A stretch of DNA of 64,000 bases. Source: Andalucia godoyi And28 (lineage: Eukaryota; Protista; Jakobida). Positions 1 to 11,200 of the stretch are shown piece by piece. Where the stretch lies: NCBI GenBank assembly GCA_009859145.1, contig VRVR01000040.1, positions 184,871-248,870 on the forward strand, read 5' to 3'. How positions within the stretch are numbered: the first letter of the stretch is position 1; every line of letters begins with the position of its first letter. Both the position numbers and the translations under genes were made by a program. The notes beneath the pieces were generated by a model. It was not told the origin of the DNA and did not search any database. It was given only the letters and a program-made list of their open reading frames with translations.

Positions 1-486
1 GAGAGAGAGAGAAGAGGAGGAGGAGGAGGAGGAGGAGGAAGAACCATGTAATTCTTGTGGTCCAGAGGAGACCAATGGCGGCAAAGAACCTGGCGCTCTC
101 TTCTTGCGTCCCCGCTTCTTAGGCTCAATCTGAATGCAATCCAACTTTCTCTCAACACATCGTCGGCATGGCTTCTCCAATGAACAAGAAACGTGCGAAA
201 TTCTACAATGATAGCAGGCGCTTTTTTGCTTTCCACTCGCATCGCATGACTCGGAGGCATCTCCTCCACTTGTGGGTTGCACAAATGCAGCATCTGACGC
301 AGCAGTAACAGACGGCGAAGAAGTCGATGACGGAAAAGTTCGGGGATTGAGCAACTTCACACTCTCCACGGACTCCTCTTTCCGCGAACCATGCGGACTC
401 TTGCTGGGACTAGAAAGGTTGTGTGGATAAGAAGAAGAAGCGGGCACTGTAACATCAGGAATTCTACGATCTCCCATAAAAATCAT
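1..486 (-). CDS. Zn(II)2Cys6 binuclear-cluster transcription factor, 5' part (runs off window)
   Basis: Hand translation from ATG 486: open to position 1. Contains ACYHCRISHVSCSLEKPCRRCVERKLDC (C-x2-C-x6-C-x5-C-x2-C-x6-C; nt 216-136) followed by basic KKRGRKKR. Not in the ORF track. Confidence 0.85.
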   Translation of the reverse strand, partial: MIFMGDRRIPDVTVPASSSYPHNLSSPSKSPHGSRKEESVESVKLLNPRTFPSSTSSPSVTAASDAAFVQPTSGGDASESCDASGKQKSACYHCRISHVSCSLEKPCRRCVERKLDCIQIEPKKRGRKKRAPGSLPPLVSSGPQELHGSSSSSSSSSSSLSL

Positions 487-892
487 GCGTTGCTGTTCTT
501 GTTTCTTCTTTGGGGAATCACGAGTCTAAAAGTTGAAATAGGGGAACCCCACGAAAAAGAAATGAAATGATGCTGATAAAGATTGTGGAAAAGCAATAAA
601 CACAAAGATCAGAACAAAAATAATAATATATAAAAAAAATCAAAAAAATCCTGCTTTTGAATCCAACGCGCGCTCTTGTCGATACTGCAAAATTCCAAAA
701 GAGATTTGACGACAAACCGTCCCCAAAGCAGAAGAGGAACGGGGGAAAAGTTTATAGGGGAAAAAGCAGACGCAGGTAAAAGGGATTTAGCAATGGCAGA
801 CGCCGACGAACCGCCACATGCAAGGAAAGACCAAAAACAGAAAAGAAAAGAAGCACAAGAAAGAAAGAGTGCGATCCTTTTTCTTATAATTC

Positions 893-913
893 TTGTTGTT
901 GTTGTTGTTGTTG

Positions 914-948
<35 letters not shown>
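893..948. repeat. Compound (GTT)n(ATT)n microsatellite
   Basis: Read directly from sequence. Confidence 0.95.
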
Positions 949-2380
949 TGTAAAAAGTGCAAGTGACTGCGCTGAGCAAAACGGAGAAAGAAGAAGAAAG
1001 AGCTCGGGAACGAAGGGGGAAACGGAAAACCCAATGTTTCTGTTTTGTTTTCTTCCAGCTAAATAAAAAAAAAAAGACAAGAAAAAGAAAATGGGTACAA
1101 AAACGCAACAAGAAAGTCGGCATTCGTAGCAAGCAGCCAGGTGGGGGGAAACATGCACGGCAATTCAGCGGCCAATCGGAGGCTGGGTTCCAAATAAAGC
1201 TTTGGGACGACGGAGGCGAGCATCTGGTGATCCGACGTGTCTGCTACGATAAATGGACTGCTATAACCAAGATTGGAAAGGCTCGAAGTCGTTCGTCCGT
1301 CAGCCAGCCGCAACAGATTACACCGCAGATTGGGGATATGGTAGCAACGTCCCCCACAGGCCATCTTGCCATCGTCGGCTTGAGGTGGAACATTCATGTT
1401 CACGCTCGCGAACGTCGCATCAAAGCGGGATAAGCGAGTTTGTTGCCGAATACGAACAGAGATGCCTGCAGCCATCTTACACGGATGACTCTTTCGGCTC
1501 AGGGGCTGTGCGTGCCAGAGCTGGAATTTTGCTTCCACACCACATCCAGAGCTTCTTCTCTGCTAATGTGGAAACATTTTCCGGCGCTCCACCTGTTGCC
1601 GCAGGTTGAACTCGGTAGAAGGAGGCTCGGAGTCAACCTCCCGCCAACCCACACGGATCCACTGGAGAAAGAAGGCACACGTCTTCCAATGGACAATGCC
1701 TTAACATGGAGCGAAAACGCACGGCGTGCAGCACGGCGCGGGAGGCGCAGCACTGGATAATGGCGCGTATTCTCGGCAACGTCTGAAAATCTAGCATCGC
1801 GAAAAACAGTAGCGAACATGCGATGATGATGAAGAAGTAAAACGCCTCACGCACGCACAACGATTGCAGAATGTCATCACCACAAGTAATTTAAATCAAG
1901 ACAAACAAACAAGCAAAAAAAGAAGAAAAAAAGCACTGCCTCATGTTGTACAGTTATGCGGCATAGGGAATCATTCGATCGCAGCTGCTGCCGCAAATCC
2001 CGTGTTTGGACGCTTCGTGTTTGACGAGCGCAGAAAGGACACGGTCAACACTTTTATTCGCAACGGTGCTGTTCTTGCATCGCAAATCAAAGCTGGAAGT
2101 GGGGAACATGACATTCGCTCCATGGCCTTGTTGTATTCCAGACGAAGGCAGCTTTGTCCCTCCTCAGCACGGGGGCTCCATCGGTCGAGACAACAGCGTC
2201 TCCCGGAGCTTCCCAGATGTTGGCATTTACCACCCGAGTCAACCTCATGAATCATGACTGGAATGAACTGTTCCAGCATCCGAGTGTTCCGTAATCATAC
2301 TCGTTTTATTTCTATTCGTTACTCGAGAGAAAGAACGGAAAAACAACAAACGACAGCGACGATGGCTGCAGCGAACGTGT

Positions 2381-3325
2381 TTAGAGCGAAGCAAGTCCGG
2401 CCCAGGCATCAGCCTCGATACCGCACTCGTTGACACCACGAACGATCTTGAAGAAACCAGTCTCACCCCAAGCAGGGCCCCACGAGTTGGCAATCAACCA
2501 GTAGGCAACTCCGTTCTCAGTACCCCAACCGACAAGCTTGACTGCATGTCCTCCAAGGAGCTCACCAGTCTGGTGCTTGTAGACTCCCGAAGTGTACGAG
2601 ATGAAATCCTTGTAGACCTCAAAGGCAACCTGGACGGGTCCGTTGGTGGACAATTCAGTCTGCATCTTGGCAACAGTCTCCCAGAACAGCAAGCCACCAG
2701 AAATGTGCTTTGCGTTCTTGGCCTTGTAGAGCTTAAGAGGGGATCCGTCAGTGCAGGTCTTGGGGCAAGAGCCAGAGTCTCCGCCACCAGAAGTGTACGG
2801 AACGCAGGCATCAGAAGGAAGACCAGTCGACATGAGGAAAGACCAGGCGTTGGAGAGCTGTCCACCTTGGCAACCCATGTCACCGGTGTCGCAGGAAACC
2901 TGGTACTGCGGCGAGAGAACAACGTTCACAGAGCCCTTGGAGGCAATGCAGAAACGATCAGAGAGGGACTCAGAGGCAGAGAATGCCCAGCACGATCCAC
3001 ACTGCTGCTGGTCACGGATCGGATGGATGCAGTTGGGCCATTGGGTGCGCGCATCAAACGTTGCGGGGAGAGCAGCGAGTGCGGCGTCTGCAACAGATGA
3101 GGTTTCCCAGACAGTCGAGCGGCGGACAGGGAGAGGACCTCCGAGCATACGCTTGACCTCCTTCACAGTCTTTCCAGACATGGAGTTGTGGCCGGCCTTC
3201 CAGGTCGCGGCGGGGTTGTTGTTGATCTTGCTGATCAGCTCCTCCGTGATCACAATCTCAGTGTCCAGGAGAGCTGCAGAGACCGCGGCAAACGCCAGAA
3301 CGGCAACGAATACACCCTTCATCAT
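2381..3325 (-). CDS. Cathepsin B-like papain-family (C1A) cysteine protease, preproenzyme
   Basis: Signal peptide, propeptide, QQQCGSCWAF (catalytic Cys), GGHAVKLVGWG (His), YWLIANSWG (Asn). No His-His occluding loop. Confidence 0.95.
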   Translation of the reverse strand: MMKGVFVAVLAFAAVSAALLDTEIVITEELISKINNNPAATWKAGHNSMSGKTVKEVKRMLGGPLPVRRSTVWETSSVADAALAALPATFDARTQWPNCIHPIRDQQQCGSCWAFSASESLSDRFCIASKGSVNVVLSPQYQVSCDTGDMGCQGGQLSNAWSFLMSTGLPSDACVPYTSGGGDSGSCPKTCTDGSPLKLYKAKNAKHISGGLLFWETVAKMQTELSTNGPVQVAFEVYKDFISYTSGVYKHQTGELLGGHAVKLVGWGTENGVAYWLIANSWGPAWGETGFFKIVRGVNECGIEADAWAGLASL

Positions 3326-4107
3326 TTTGTTAAAATTTTTGCAGTGAGATTTTAAAAATAAAATAAAAGAAAGGAAAAAGCAAAAACAAAAACACGAAAA
3401 TAAATTTAAAAAAAACCGACGGGAAACGACTGAACAAAGAGGCCCGGTTGGGGCGAACGCCCGATTGTCAGCTGTCAGTGGTGTCCGCTGACCAGCTGCA
3501 AATCCAAGGGAATTCCGATTCAGTTGGTGTCATTCCCCTTTGGGCCGCAGTGGAAATGTCACTTGTCAGTGCGATCGTGTCATTGGTGCTACCGGTTTGC
3601 TCCGCTATGGGGTGCGAATCCTTCTACTGGGCTCTTCGGCGCGCACGTACGAGTGTCCCAGTAGTACGTCTTTGGAAGTCAAAGCATTGTGCATGCAGCC
3701 GCCATGTTGTTTCCAAGACTTCACTCTTTTTTTTTTTTGAAAACTTGGATTTTAATAAAAAGGTATTTTTTTTTTCTACAAGGACATTGATGCTTTATCT
3801 TTTGCGGAGTTGGTCAGAGCGGAGTTCATGAGATCTCCTGCAGAGAGCAGCCGTCTTCTGATGCGCGCAGCGGGCGCTGGACGAAGCGGGCGAAAAATGA
3901 CACTCGACAATCGTTTGCTGTCCACTTGACATCAAAGGAGAAAGGTGGTGAGACAGCAGCTGGCTGCAACTAGCTATAAAAAAATAAAATTAAAAAAGGT
4001 TCTTTTTCTGACGTATTTTATTATTTTGCTTTTGTGTTTTATTCTCATGATTGCATTCGGCTGAAGGACATTGCCATTTGCCATCGCGTTGCATACTAGA
4101 AGACGAT

Positions 4108-4740
4108 ATGCTGTTTGCACGACGGTTGCTGTCTGCGGGTTCTCGAAGGTTTTCTTCTCTTGTCCCGATTGTCATCTCTAATGCCAGTGGCCGCGGGGAG
4201 CGAGCCATGGACATTTACTCTCGGCTGCTGGAGGACCGTATTGTTTGCTTGAGCGGTGCAATCGACGAGCCGCTCTCTTCTGCGATTGTTGCCCAGCTTC
4301 TCTTTCTGGATGCAGAGGACGCCCACAAGCCAATTTCAATGTTTATCAACTCTCCAGGAGGGGAAGTGACTTCGGGGCTGGCAATTTATGACTGCATGAA
4401 GTTTATTCGAGCCCCGGTGTCCACAGTCTGTGTTGGTCAGGCGTGCAGCATGGCCGCAGTGCTGCTTGCGGGCGGATCGTCTGGCCAGCGCCGCATCCTT
4501 CCGAATGCTCGAGTCATGTTGCACCAGCCTCACGGAGGCTTCAACGGCCAGGCGTCCGATATCGAAATTGCTGCCAAAGAGATCCTTTACTTGAAAGAAA
4601 GACTCTTGGATCTGCTCTCCACGGATTGCAAGCAAGAGCGAGGCAAGCTCAAAGAAATTCTGGATCGAGACTACTACTTGCATGCCAAGGAAGCAAAGGA
4701 GTTTGGCATTGTAGATGAGATTATATTCCAAAGACGGTGA
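4108..4740 (+). CDS. CLPP: ATP-dependent Clp protease proteolytic subunit, mitochondrial
   Basis: DIYSRLLEDRIV, INSPGG, GQACSMAAVL (Ser), RVMLHQP (His), DRDYYL (Asp). Start placed at ATG 4108, giving the presequence-like MLFARRLLSAGSRRFSS. Confidence 0.95.
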   Translation: MLFARRLLSAGSRRFSSLVPIVISNASGRGERAMDIYSRLLEDRIVCLSGAIDEPLSSAIVAQLLFLDAEDAHKPISMFINSPGGEVTSGLAIYDCMKFIRAPVSTVCVGQACSMAAVLLAGGSSGQRRILPNARVMLHQPHGGFNGQASDIEIAAKEILYLKERLLDLLSTDCKQERGKLKEILDRDYYLHAKEAKEFGIVDEIIFQRR

Positions 4741-4841
4741 AATCAAACATTAAAATAAAATAATAATAATAATAATATGAAACATACGTGTGCAATTCTC
4801 GTGCATTCTTCAATAGAACCACCCACCATATGCCGCCTCCT

Positions 4842-5939
4842 TTAGCTTCCATGGCCTGCTTTTGGACCGCTCAGCGTCTTGCGTTCTTGTAGCTTGGCCC
4901 ATGCATACCAACCGGAGCCAACGAACCCTAGAATGATTGCGACAATGTTCGCTCGACTGTGCTTGGTGGAAAACACGGCGATTCCAACAAATGCCTGCAG
5001 GACGGACTTCGTTTGACCCGTAACCATCACCGTCAAGGCAGAATTCATGATGCTGCACAGCTGAGTCGAGAGAATAAGGAGCACTCCGAGCAACACGGAA
5101 GCCCAAAAACATAACATGAACTTTGGGTCATGCCAAAACCGGCCGGAAAAATCCAGTAGTTGGCGAGGCTCGTCAGTGAGGATGAACAGCAAGAGATGGT
5201 GAGGAAAACTGGCCCAGCAATGCAGCTGTGCAGACTGGAGGGCGTTCATGGACCGATCGACAAAATACCGGTTCGACAGCACAAGAAACAGGGATTGGAA
5301 GAACGCCGATCCAAGACCCAAGGCATATCCAATTACAGAGAAGGAAACATCCGACAATCCCATTGCAAATCCCGAAACCGTCATGACTAGAACGGAGCCG
5401 ACGACCTGCCAGGACGGAGCAGCGCCCTTTTTGCGAACATACAGATCCAGGAAAAGAGTAATCGGAATCGCCTGTCGCTTGAGCATTCCATACGTAGGAA
5501 CTGTAGTGTGCGACAGACACAAGAACGATGTGGCAACCGAAAGCACATTTGCAAATGAAATACCGAGCATTGAAGTAAACAGCTTCATGGATGGCGCATA
5601 CGGGATGTTGCTCGTCACATTAAGGAAGGAGAGCAGCGCAAAGACAAGCATGCCTGCAAGAGCCTGGAACATTGCAAGCGCAAATGGAAAAGACGACCGA
5701 TCGTCAAACGAGGACAGCACAGCCTTGTTAAACAGCACAATCAGCACGGAGACAGAACCGTACAAGAATGCAGACCCAATCGACAGGAACGTGCTCGGAG
5801 CATCGTCTATCGCTGCAGAGATCGCAGTCGACGAAGAAGCACTCAACATCGTTATCGAATTCGTCGCCTTGCACGAGGTCAAGGGACAACAACAGCAACA
5901 GCCACTACCACTACCACCACTCTCACGGTTTCTCACCAC
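4842..5939 (-). CDS. Nucleotide-sugar transporter (SLC35/TPT, DMT superfamily)
   Basis: About 10 TM segments, VLFNKAVL, TVMVTGQTKSV, cytosolic basic tail. Confidence 0.85.
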   Translation of the reverse strand: MVRNRESGGSGSGCCCCCPLTSCKATNSITMLSASSSTAISAAIDDAPSTFLSIGSAFLYGSVSVLIVLFNKAVLSSFDDRSSFPFALAMFQALAGMLVFALLSFLNVTSNIPYAPSMKLFTSMLGISFANVLSVATSFLCLSHTTVPTYGMLKRQAIPITLFLDLYVRKKGAAPSWQVVGSVLVMTVSGFAMGLSDVSFSVIGYALGLGSAFFQSLFLVLSNRYFVDRSMNALQSAQLHCWASFPHHLLLFILTDEPRQLLDFSGRFWHDPKFMLCFWASVLLGVLLILSTQLCSIMNSALTVMVTGQTKSVLQAFVGIAVFSTKHSRANIVAIILGFVGSGWYAWAKLQERKTLSGPKAGHGS

Positions 5940-6602
5940 ACACTCACGCGTGCCTCTCTTTCTCTATGTCTGCACGTCGAAGTGGCTGTTCGGACTTTTG
6001 GTTTGCTCAGACCTGTTTCCGTCCCCCCCATTCTTTTCGGTTGCTGACCGTAGTAGGCGGGGGCGGGACTGCAGAAGAGCATCAAGTGCTTGCATCACAA
6101 CCACCAATAATTTTTACGCCAGGCAAAAACTGTGGTTGCTGTTCCCAATGATGCACGACAATGAGGATAAGCATCCTTGTCTGGAGAGCGATCTCGGAGC
6201 ACGGGTCACGGTGAACAGGGTGGATATTGTAGCAGAAACGCCTTGTCGCAATGTGGACTTGCTGGCCTGCATACTTCACACTCTTTTTTCTCAGCTATCT
6301 CTGCGAGGGGGATCTGTGGGTGATTTCAAATCAACATCGAGCCTGACAGAGAGAAGCGCTGAAAAGCAATTTTCAAAAGGGGTTTTATATTTGACAGCAA
6401 CGAGTTCTGCCGAGAATTCATCCAGTGGGCAAAAATACAGAGGATGAATTGCGGATGTGGAATCCACATGGTCAGGGAGGGAGGTGCAATGCTCGCCAAA
6501 AGGAAGTGCATACCAGGCAAGAGATGCTGGGAAACATGGAGAAGCACGATTGGCCGATCGGGGATTGGCCACTTGCATGGACGGCAAAGCAATCCGTTTT
6601 GC

Positions 6603-7316
6603 TCATTGCGAGTGAGCTGCTGCATGCACCTTTTGGAATCGAGAATATGCCTTTTTCATCATGGCGACGCAGACCAGGGAGAGGGCGGTTGCTGAGAATG
6701 AAAGAGAGAAGCAAGCGATGGACACGTGGACAACGGTATCGCTCACCTGGATGATATCGGTCGTGCAACTTGATTCCGGGGCTATGGCCTCCAGGATGCC
6801 GCAAGCTGCTCTTGTGCGGAGCTGGCCGCTCATGACCCGGTAAAAGAGGATGGCTGAAAACGCCCCACTTACGAGAGCAAAGACGCTGCACAGCAAACAC
6901 AGCAGAAGCGAGACATAGGCCTGGTTTGCAGAAAGGGCTCTTGTTCTCACGGAGCGCGGAGCGAGAATCAGGAAACTGGTCAGAAAGAAAATGGCAATGG
7001 ATACCATAAATATGCTGCTCCCAATGGCAGAACTCATCAGCGTCCACCAATCAGCGACGCTACCCATGACTGATCCGCTGCTCTTCGCATTCTTCCATGT
7101 CCCAGTCTCGGACGACGATCCTTGTCGGAGCGAATAAGTCAGCAGCGAGCACGAGAACGAGGTATCAGATCCAGCAAGTTCAAACGCCACCCACGGTTCC
7201 ATCACATACAGACACACAAGCATTGCCAGCGCTCCCAACCACAGAATGGCATGTACAACAACGAGCGCATATGCCAGTTTGAACGATCGGTGTTGCTTCA
7301 CCAAACGCAACACCAT
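6603..7316 (-). CDS. Hypothetical four-TM membrane protein
   Basis: Likely start ATG 7316 (MVLRLVKQ...). Four hydrophobic segments. The upstream ORF extension is AT-rich spacer. Confidence 0.65.
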   Translation of the reverse strand: MVLRLVKQHRSFKLAYALVVVHAILWLGALAMLVCLYVMEPWVAFELAGSDTSFSCSLLTYSLRQGSSSETGTWKNAKSSGSVMGSVADWWTLMSSAIGSSIFMVSIAIFFLTSFLILAPRSVRTRALSANQAYVSLLLCLLCSVFALVSGAFSAILFYRVMSGQLRTRAACGILEAIAPESSCTTDIIQVSDTVVHVSIACFSLSFSATALSLVCVAMMKKAYSRFQKVHAAAHSQ

Positions 7317-7710
7317 CCGGAGACAATACAGCACATCAGAAGCAAAAACAAAAAAAAAACAAAAAACAAGCAAGCAAGCGTCAGAACCAAGATGCCAAAA
7401 GTCACACCAATGTTTTGTTCTTATGCTTACTGTTGAAGAGCTGTGTAAAATGCGCCGTTTTTCCACCTTCTTGTCTTTGTTATTTCTAGAAAAGACGATT
7501 CTGTAGCGCACGTTTGAGATGGAACTGTCCAGGTTTGTGCTGACGAGCGGCAAGAATGAAGAATGGAGAGGAACAAGCACTTTTGTTATTGTGGTTTTTA
7601 AAAAAATTATGTTTTTGATTATTAAAGTGGAAGCGCAAACAGAAAAATAATAATAAAATAACAAATAAATAATAGACTCCGCCGCAGATCTTCACACGCC
7701 TACACTATGC

Positions 7711-7750
7711 ACTGAACATGCATGTCTACGAATAGACATGCATGTTCAGT
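7711..7750. repeat. Perfect 18-bp inverted repeat with 4-nt loop
   Basis: ACTGAACATGCATGTCTA-CGAA-TAGACATGCATGTTCAGT. Confidence 0.95.
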
Positions 7751-8231
7751 CTTGCATCCCCGTTGCCGGGAAGGGGATAGGCCCCCCAACACGCCTCACG
7801 GCGTTCTTCAGATAAATGTTCTGCGCTCCGTTCCCAATCTCGATCAATCGGCGAGCTACACGCGGGGCATGCAAACCACTTCGCTTGCGCCGCTCGCGAT
7901 ACTCAGTCGCCTTATGGAACAAAACGTTGCAAAAAGTGAAACCAACGAATGATAGAATAGATGGCTACGGATGCTGCGCTAAAGAGTGTCGAAAATGCAG
8001 AGCCTGTGTCACCGGCTGAATTTTGGCCGAGCGCGCGTAAGCACGAATTCCCCTGTGAAACAAAACGTGCTGGTGTCGGCCAGTATTGACCGTGTCTGTT
8101 CATGTATACTTCCTTCCGTATGCATGACAATGACGTGTTATTATTATTCAGCGTCAGCAAGATTCCTGGTGAATGAATTTCTTCTTCTGTTGTTACTTTT
8201 TTTAAATTACAAGAACATCGGCAGGAAAACA

Positions 8232-11200
8232 TCAATTCTTTGAAACCAGTACAAAGCTGTCTCCTGAAGTAGTAGACACCGCTGGAGATGCAACCGCGTA
8301 GGTTTCCTGCGGTCGCAACGACGTCTCGAGAGCAGAATGAGTCAGGTACAGAGACAGGAAGACGCGCACCTCCTCGAGTCCATTTTCCAATTCTCTGTGG
8401 AACGGCAGCTGCATTTCCGAGACAATGTTACCGTCAAGAATGACGCCTTCTTGGCACAACTCAAAAAACGTCAAGAGATTGGTTCGCAAACGATCGTATT
8501 CTGCAGCCGGATACTCGTTCCAAGGCCCATTGCCGACATCCGCTGCATCTGATTTCAGAGGACGCAAAAACATCTTCACAATTTCGGGAATGCCTCCGTG
8601 GACAGTCAGGCGAACAGATCCTTGCAAAGCCAGCTGAAGCGCATTGATGTCCGGCTTCGTGGCTCGCACCACTCTCGTGAGGATCTCGTTCCGGTTCTCA
8701 ATCAACTCAATGGCATTCTGCAGCGGGTTCAGCTCCACTTCATTCTTCCGAATAACAGCCAGGCGAGTGCGGATTCCAGGGAAGAAAGCTTCGGTAGTCA
8801 ATATCGTCTTGCGCTTCCACTGCTCGGAAACGTTTTCTGCTTGTGATTTCCCACTGTTCTTCGTAAATGGAGACTCGAAGGCAAACTGCTTGAGATTGAC
8901 GTTTCTTTCGAAATACGTCACACGATCTTCAACGTGCGCCAACAAGTTCATGGCCGAGCCCGATCGCGAGCGCATCCCGTTCTGGCCACCGAAACTACGA
9001 GGCGACGGCAGAGGTATCGAGAGCGCGAGTCCTCCTCCTCCTCCTCCGCTGCCGCCGCCCCCGCCAGAGGTCTTCGGAGTGTTCTCAGAGTCTTGATCCA
9101 GTTGCTTGGGAAGAGGAGGCGGAATATACGGAGACAAGACCGTGATCTTCAATTCCTCTTTGAATTCAGGAGGAAGGACGCTCTCAAGATACTGCTTGAT
9201 CTCCGCCAGACGCGTGATCTTTGGCATCTTGTAGACGTACTCCTTGTTCGCAATAATGACGCGGTAATACGTTCCCAGGTACCGCTTGGACTGGACTTCT
9301 GCGATCGTATTGGCCAACTCCGCCATCTGCTCATACCAGTCCCCAAGCTGGGAGTAGTCGCGTGCAGACAGCGCGATCGGCAGCAAAATTTCATACATGC
9401 GGATTGCATGTTCAAACAAGTCGCCTTTGGTCAGCAAATCAATAGCACGAAGTGCCGTCTGCTGGAAGTACTCGGCAGTAAACATGTCGAAATGGCAATC
9501 CTGGATAACAGGAATATGCATCAAATCGGGTGCAACAACATGGAACAGACGCTCAGCGTTGGTGTCGCACACCGATCGAACGGAATGACGCGGAGGGTAC
9601 ACGTATGGGTAAACAAGATGACAAATGTGGATCAGGGACATTGCAGCTTCTGCAAAACAGAGATGTCGGAGATTCAGATCAGACAGATGCTGCAGCCACG
9701 TCGCACGCAGTTCCGGAGCATGTCCATACGACTTGGCAATGCTAGCGTAACAATCCGCAAGCTCCTCCATATTTTGTTCTCGCCCGCTGTCCTTCGCTGA
9801 CTGTTCAAGGACATGGATTTGCAAAGAGTCCTTCATCACATCTGCCAGCCGATCCATGATGTCGAACACTGCGTCTCGGAAATCTCGTGTAACCCGAGTA
9901 TCCGCTTTGCAAAGAGCAGAGACGTAGCGAATCGGCTCGGGGCAGTGGAACATAAGCGAGGAAAGCTGGACGGAAACATGCCTGGCAAGCGACGAAAAAT
10001 CCTTTCTCTGCGCACGAAGAAGCACATACAGGAGGGCTGCCGCGTGCGTTTGCGTTGGCTTTGATGGATGGTTCATTCTGTGCAAAAGCTGCCTCGACAC
10101 TTTGGGCAAAGGTGGCAGCACAGACATGCAAGCCAGCATCACGTGTACGTTCGCATCGTCGGACAGGTTTGAATCCAACAGATGGCACAGAATCCCGCAG
10201 AGGACGGGAAAATGCGAGTCTCTCGCGTGTCCACCAAGTCCTTCCGCGGACAGAGACACAGGGGTTGGTGGAAAGCGACTAAGCGGCGATGACGGCGACG
10301 GAGTCGTGATGACGGCGGGGGAAGCCAGCACATCGGATAAATATAAATAAACGACTACATAACAAACATAAGACGACATAACTTGCATCGCGGAAATCAA
10401 TCCATCGAGATTCTCAAGTGCTCCGTCTCCGCTGTCGCCAACGTCCAACGAAAAGACCGGTGAAACGCCCAACCGAATTGACTCTTTGCCCGTGGCTGCA
10501 GACCACGTTCCCGTTCCTCGGGCACCACCAGCTGTTGAAATCGAAAACGTTCGGGATGTGCTGGCACCCGATGCAGCGGAAATGGAGCCGGCCGTACTCA
10601 CGCCGTTCTTTCTGCCCAGCGTACCGCCAGCAGCGCGTTTGGCTTTGAAGGAGGCCAAATCCTGACGGGTGGACACCGCACGCAGTGGATCCTTGTATCT
10701 TGATTCCAGGGACTCTTTGGTCTTCCCCGACTTCCTTTCCGTCTTGATCAACTCTTCAGTGGCAGCTCGGCCAGCATAGTTGACGGAACTGATGGACTCG
10801 TGCATGATCGTGGTCATCAGAGGAAGCCTCGAGGAAATAACCTCTCTTCGTGCACTAACAGAAAGTTCTGAGAACATGTGCAGCACAACCAGATAGAATC
10901 TCCTCTGTTCTTGCAAATACTGCCATTCCTCTCGCCGCGCTTCCTCTTCCTCTTTGGACAGTGTCGATTGACTCGGACTGTCGGCATTCTCCACAAGCAC
11001 TGGTGAGCTCCCCGCTGGAGAGTCCGTCGCGGACGTCTTCACTTTTTCTTTGGCTGCAAGGTACGCAGAGCTGGCAGCGGACTTCCACGATGCGTGCTGA
11101 GACATCAACGGGACCAAAATCGACTCGACAAATAACCGCGCAACGTGGTTTCGCGATGCAATGGATGCAAGCCGTTGGTCAAACCGGATCTTTGTCAAGA

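Noticed and set aside
5248-6447. 399-aa plus-strand ORF
   Set aside because: Antisense shadow of the nucleotide-sugar transporter; no recognisable motifs.
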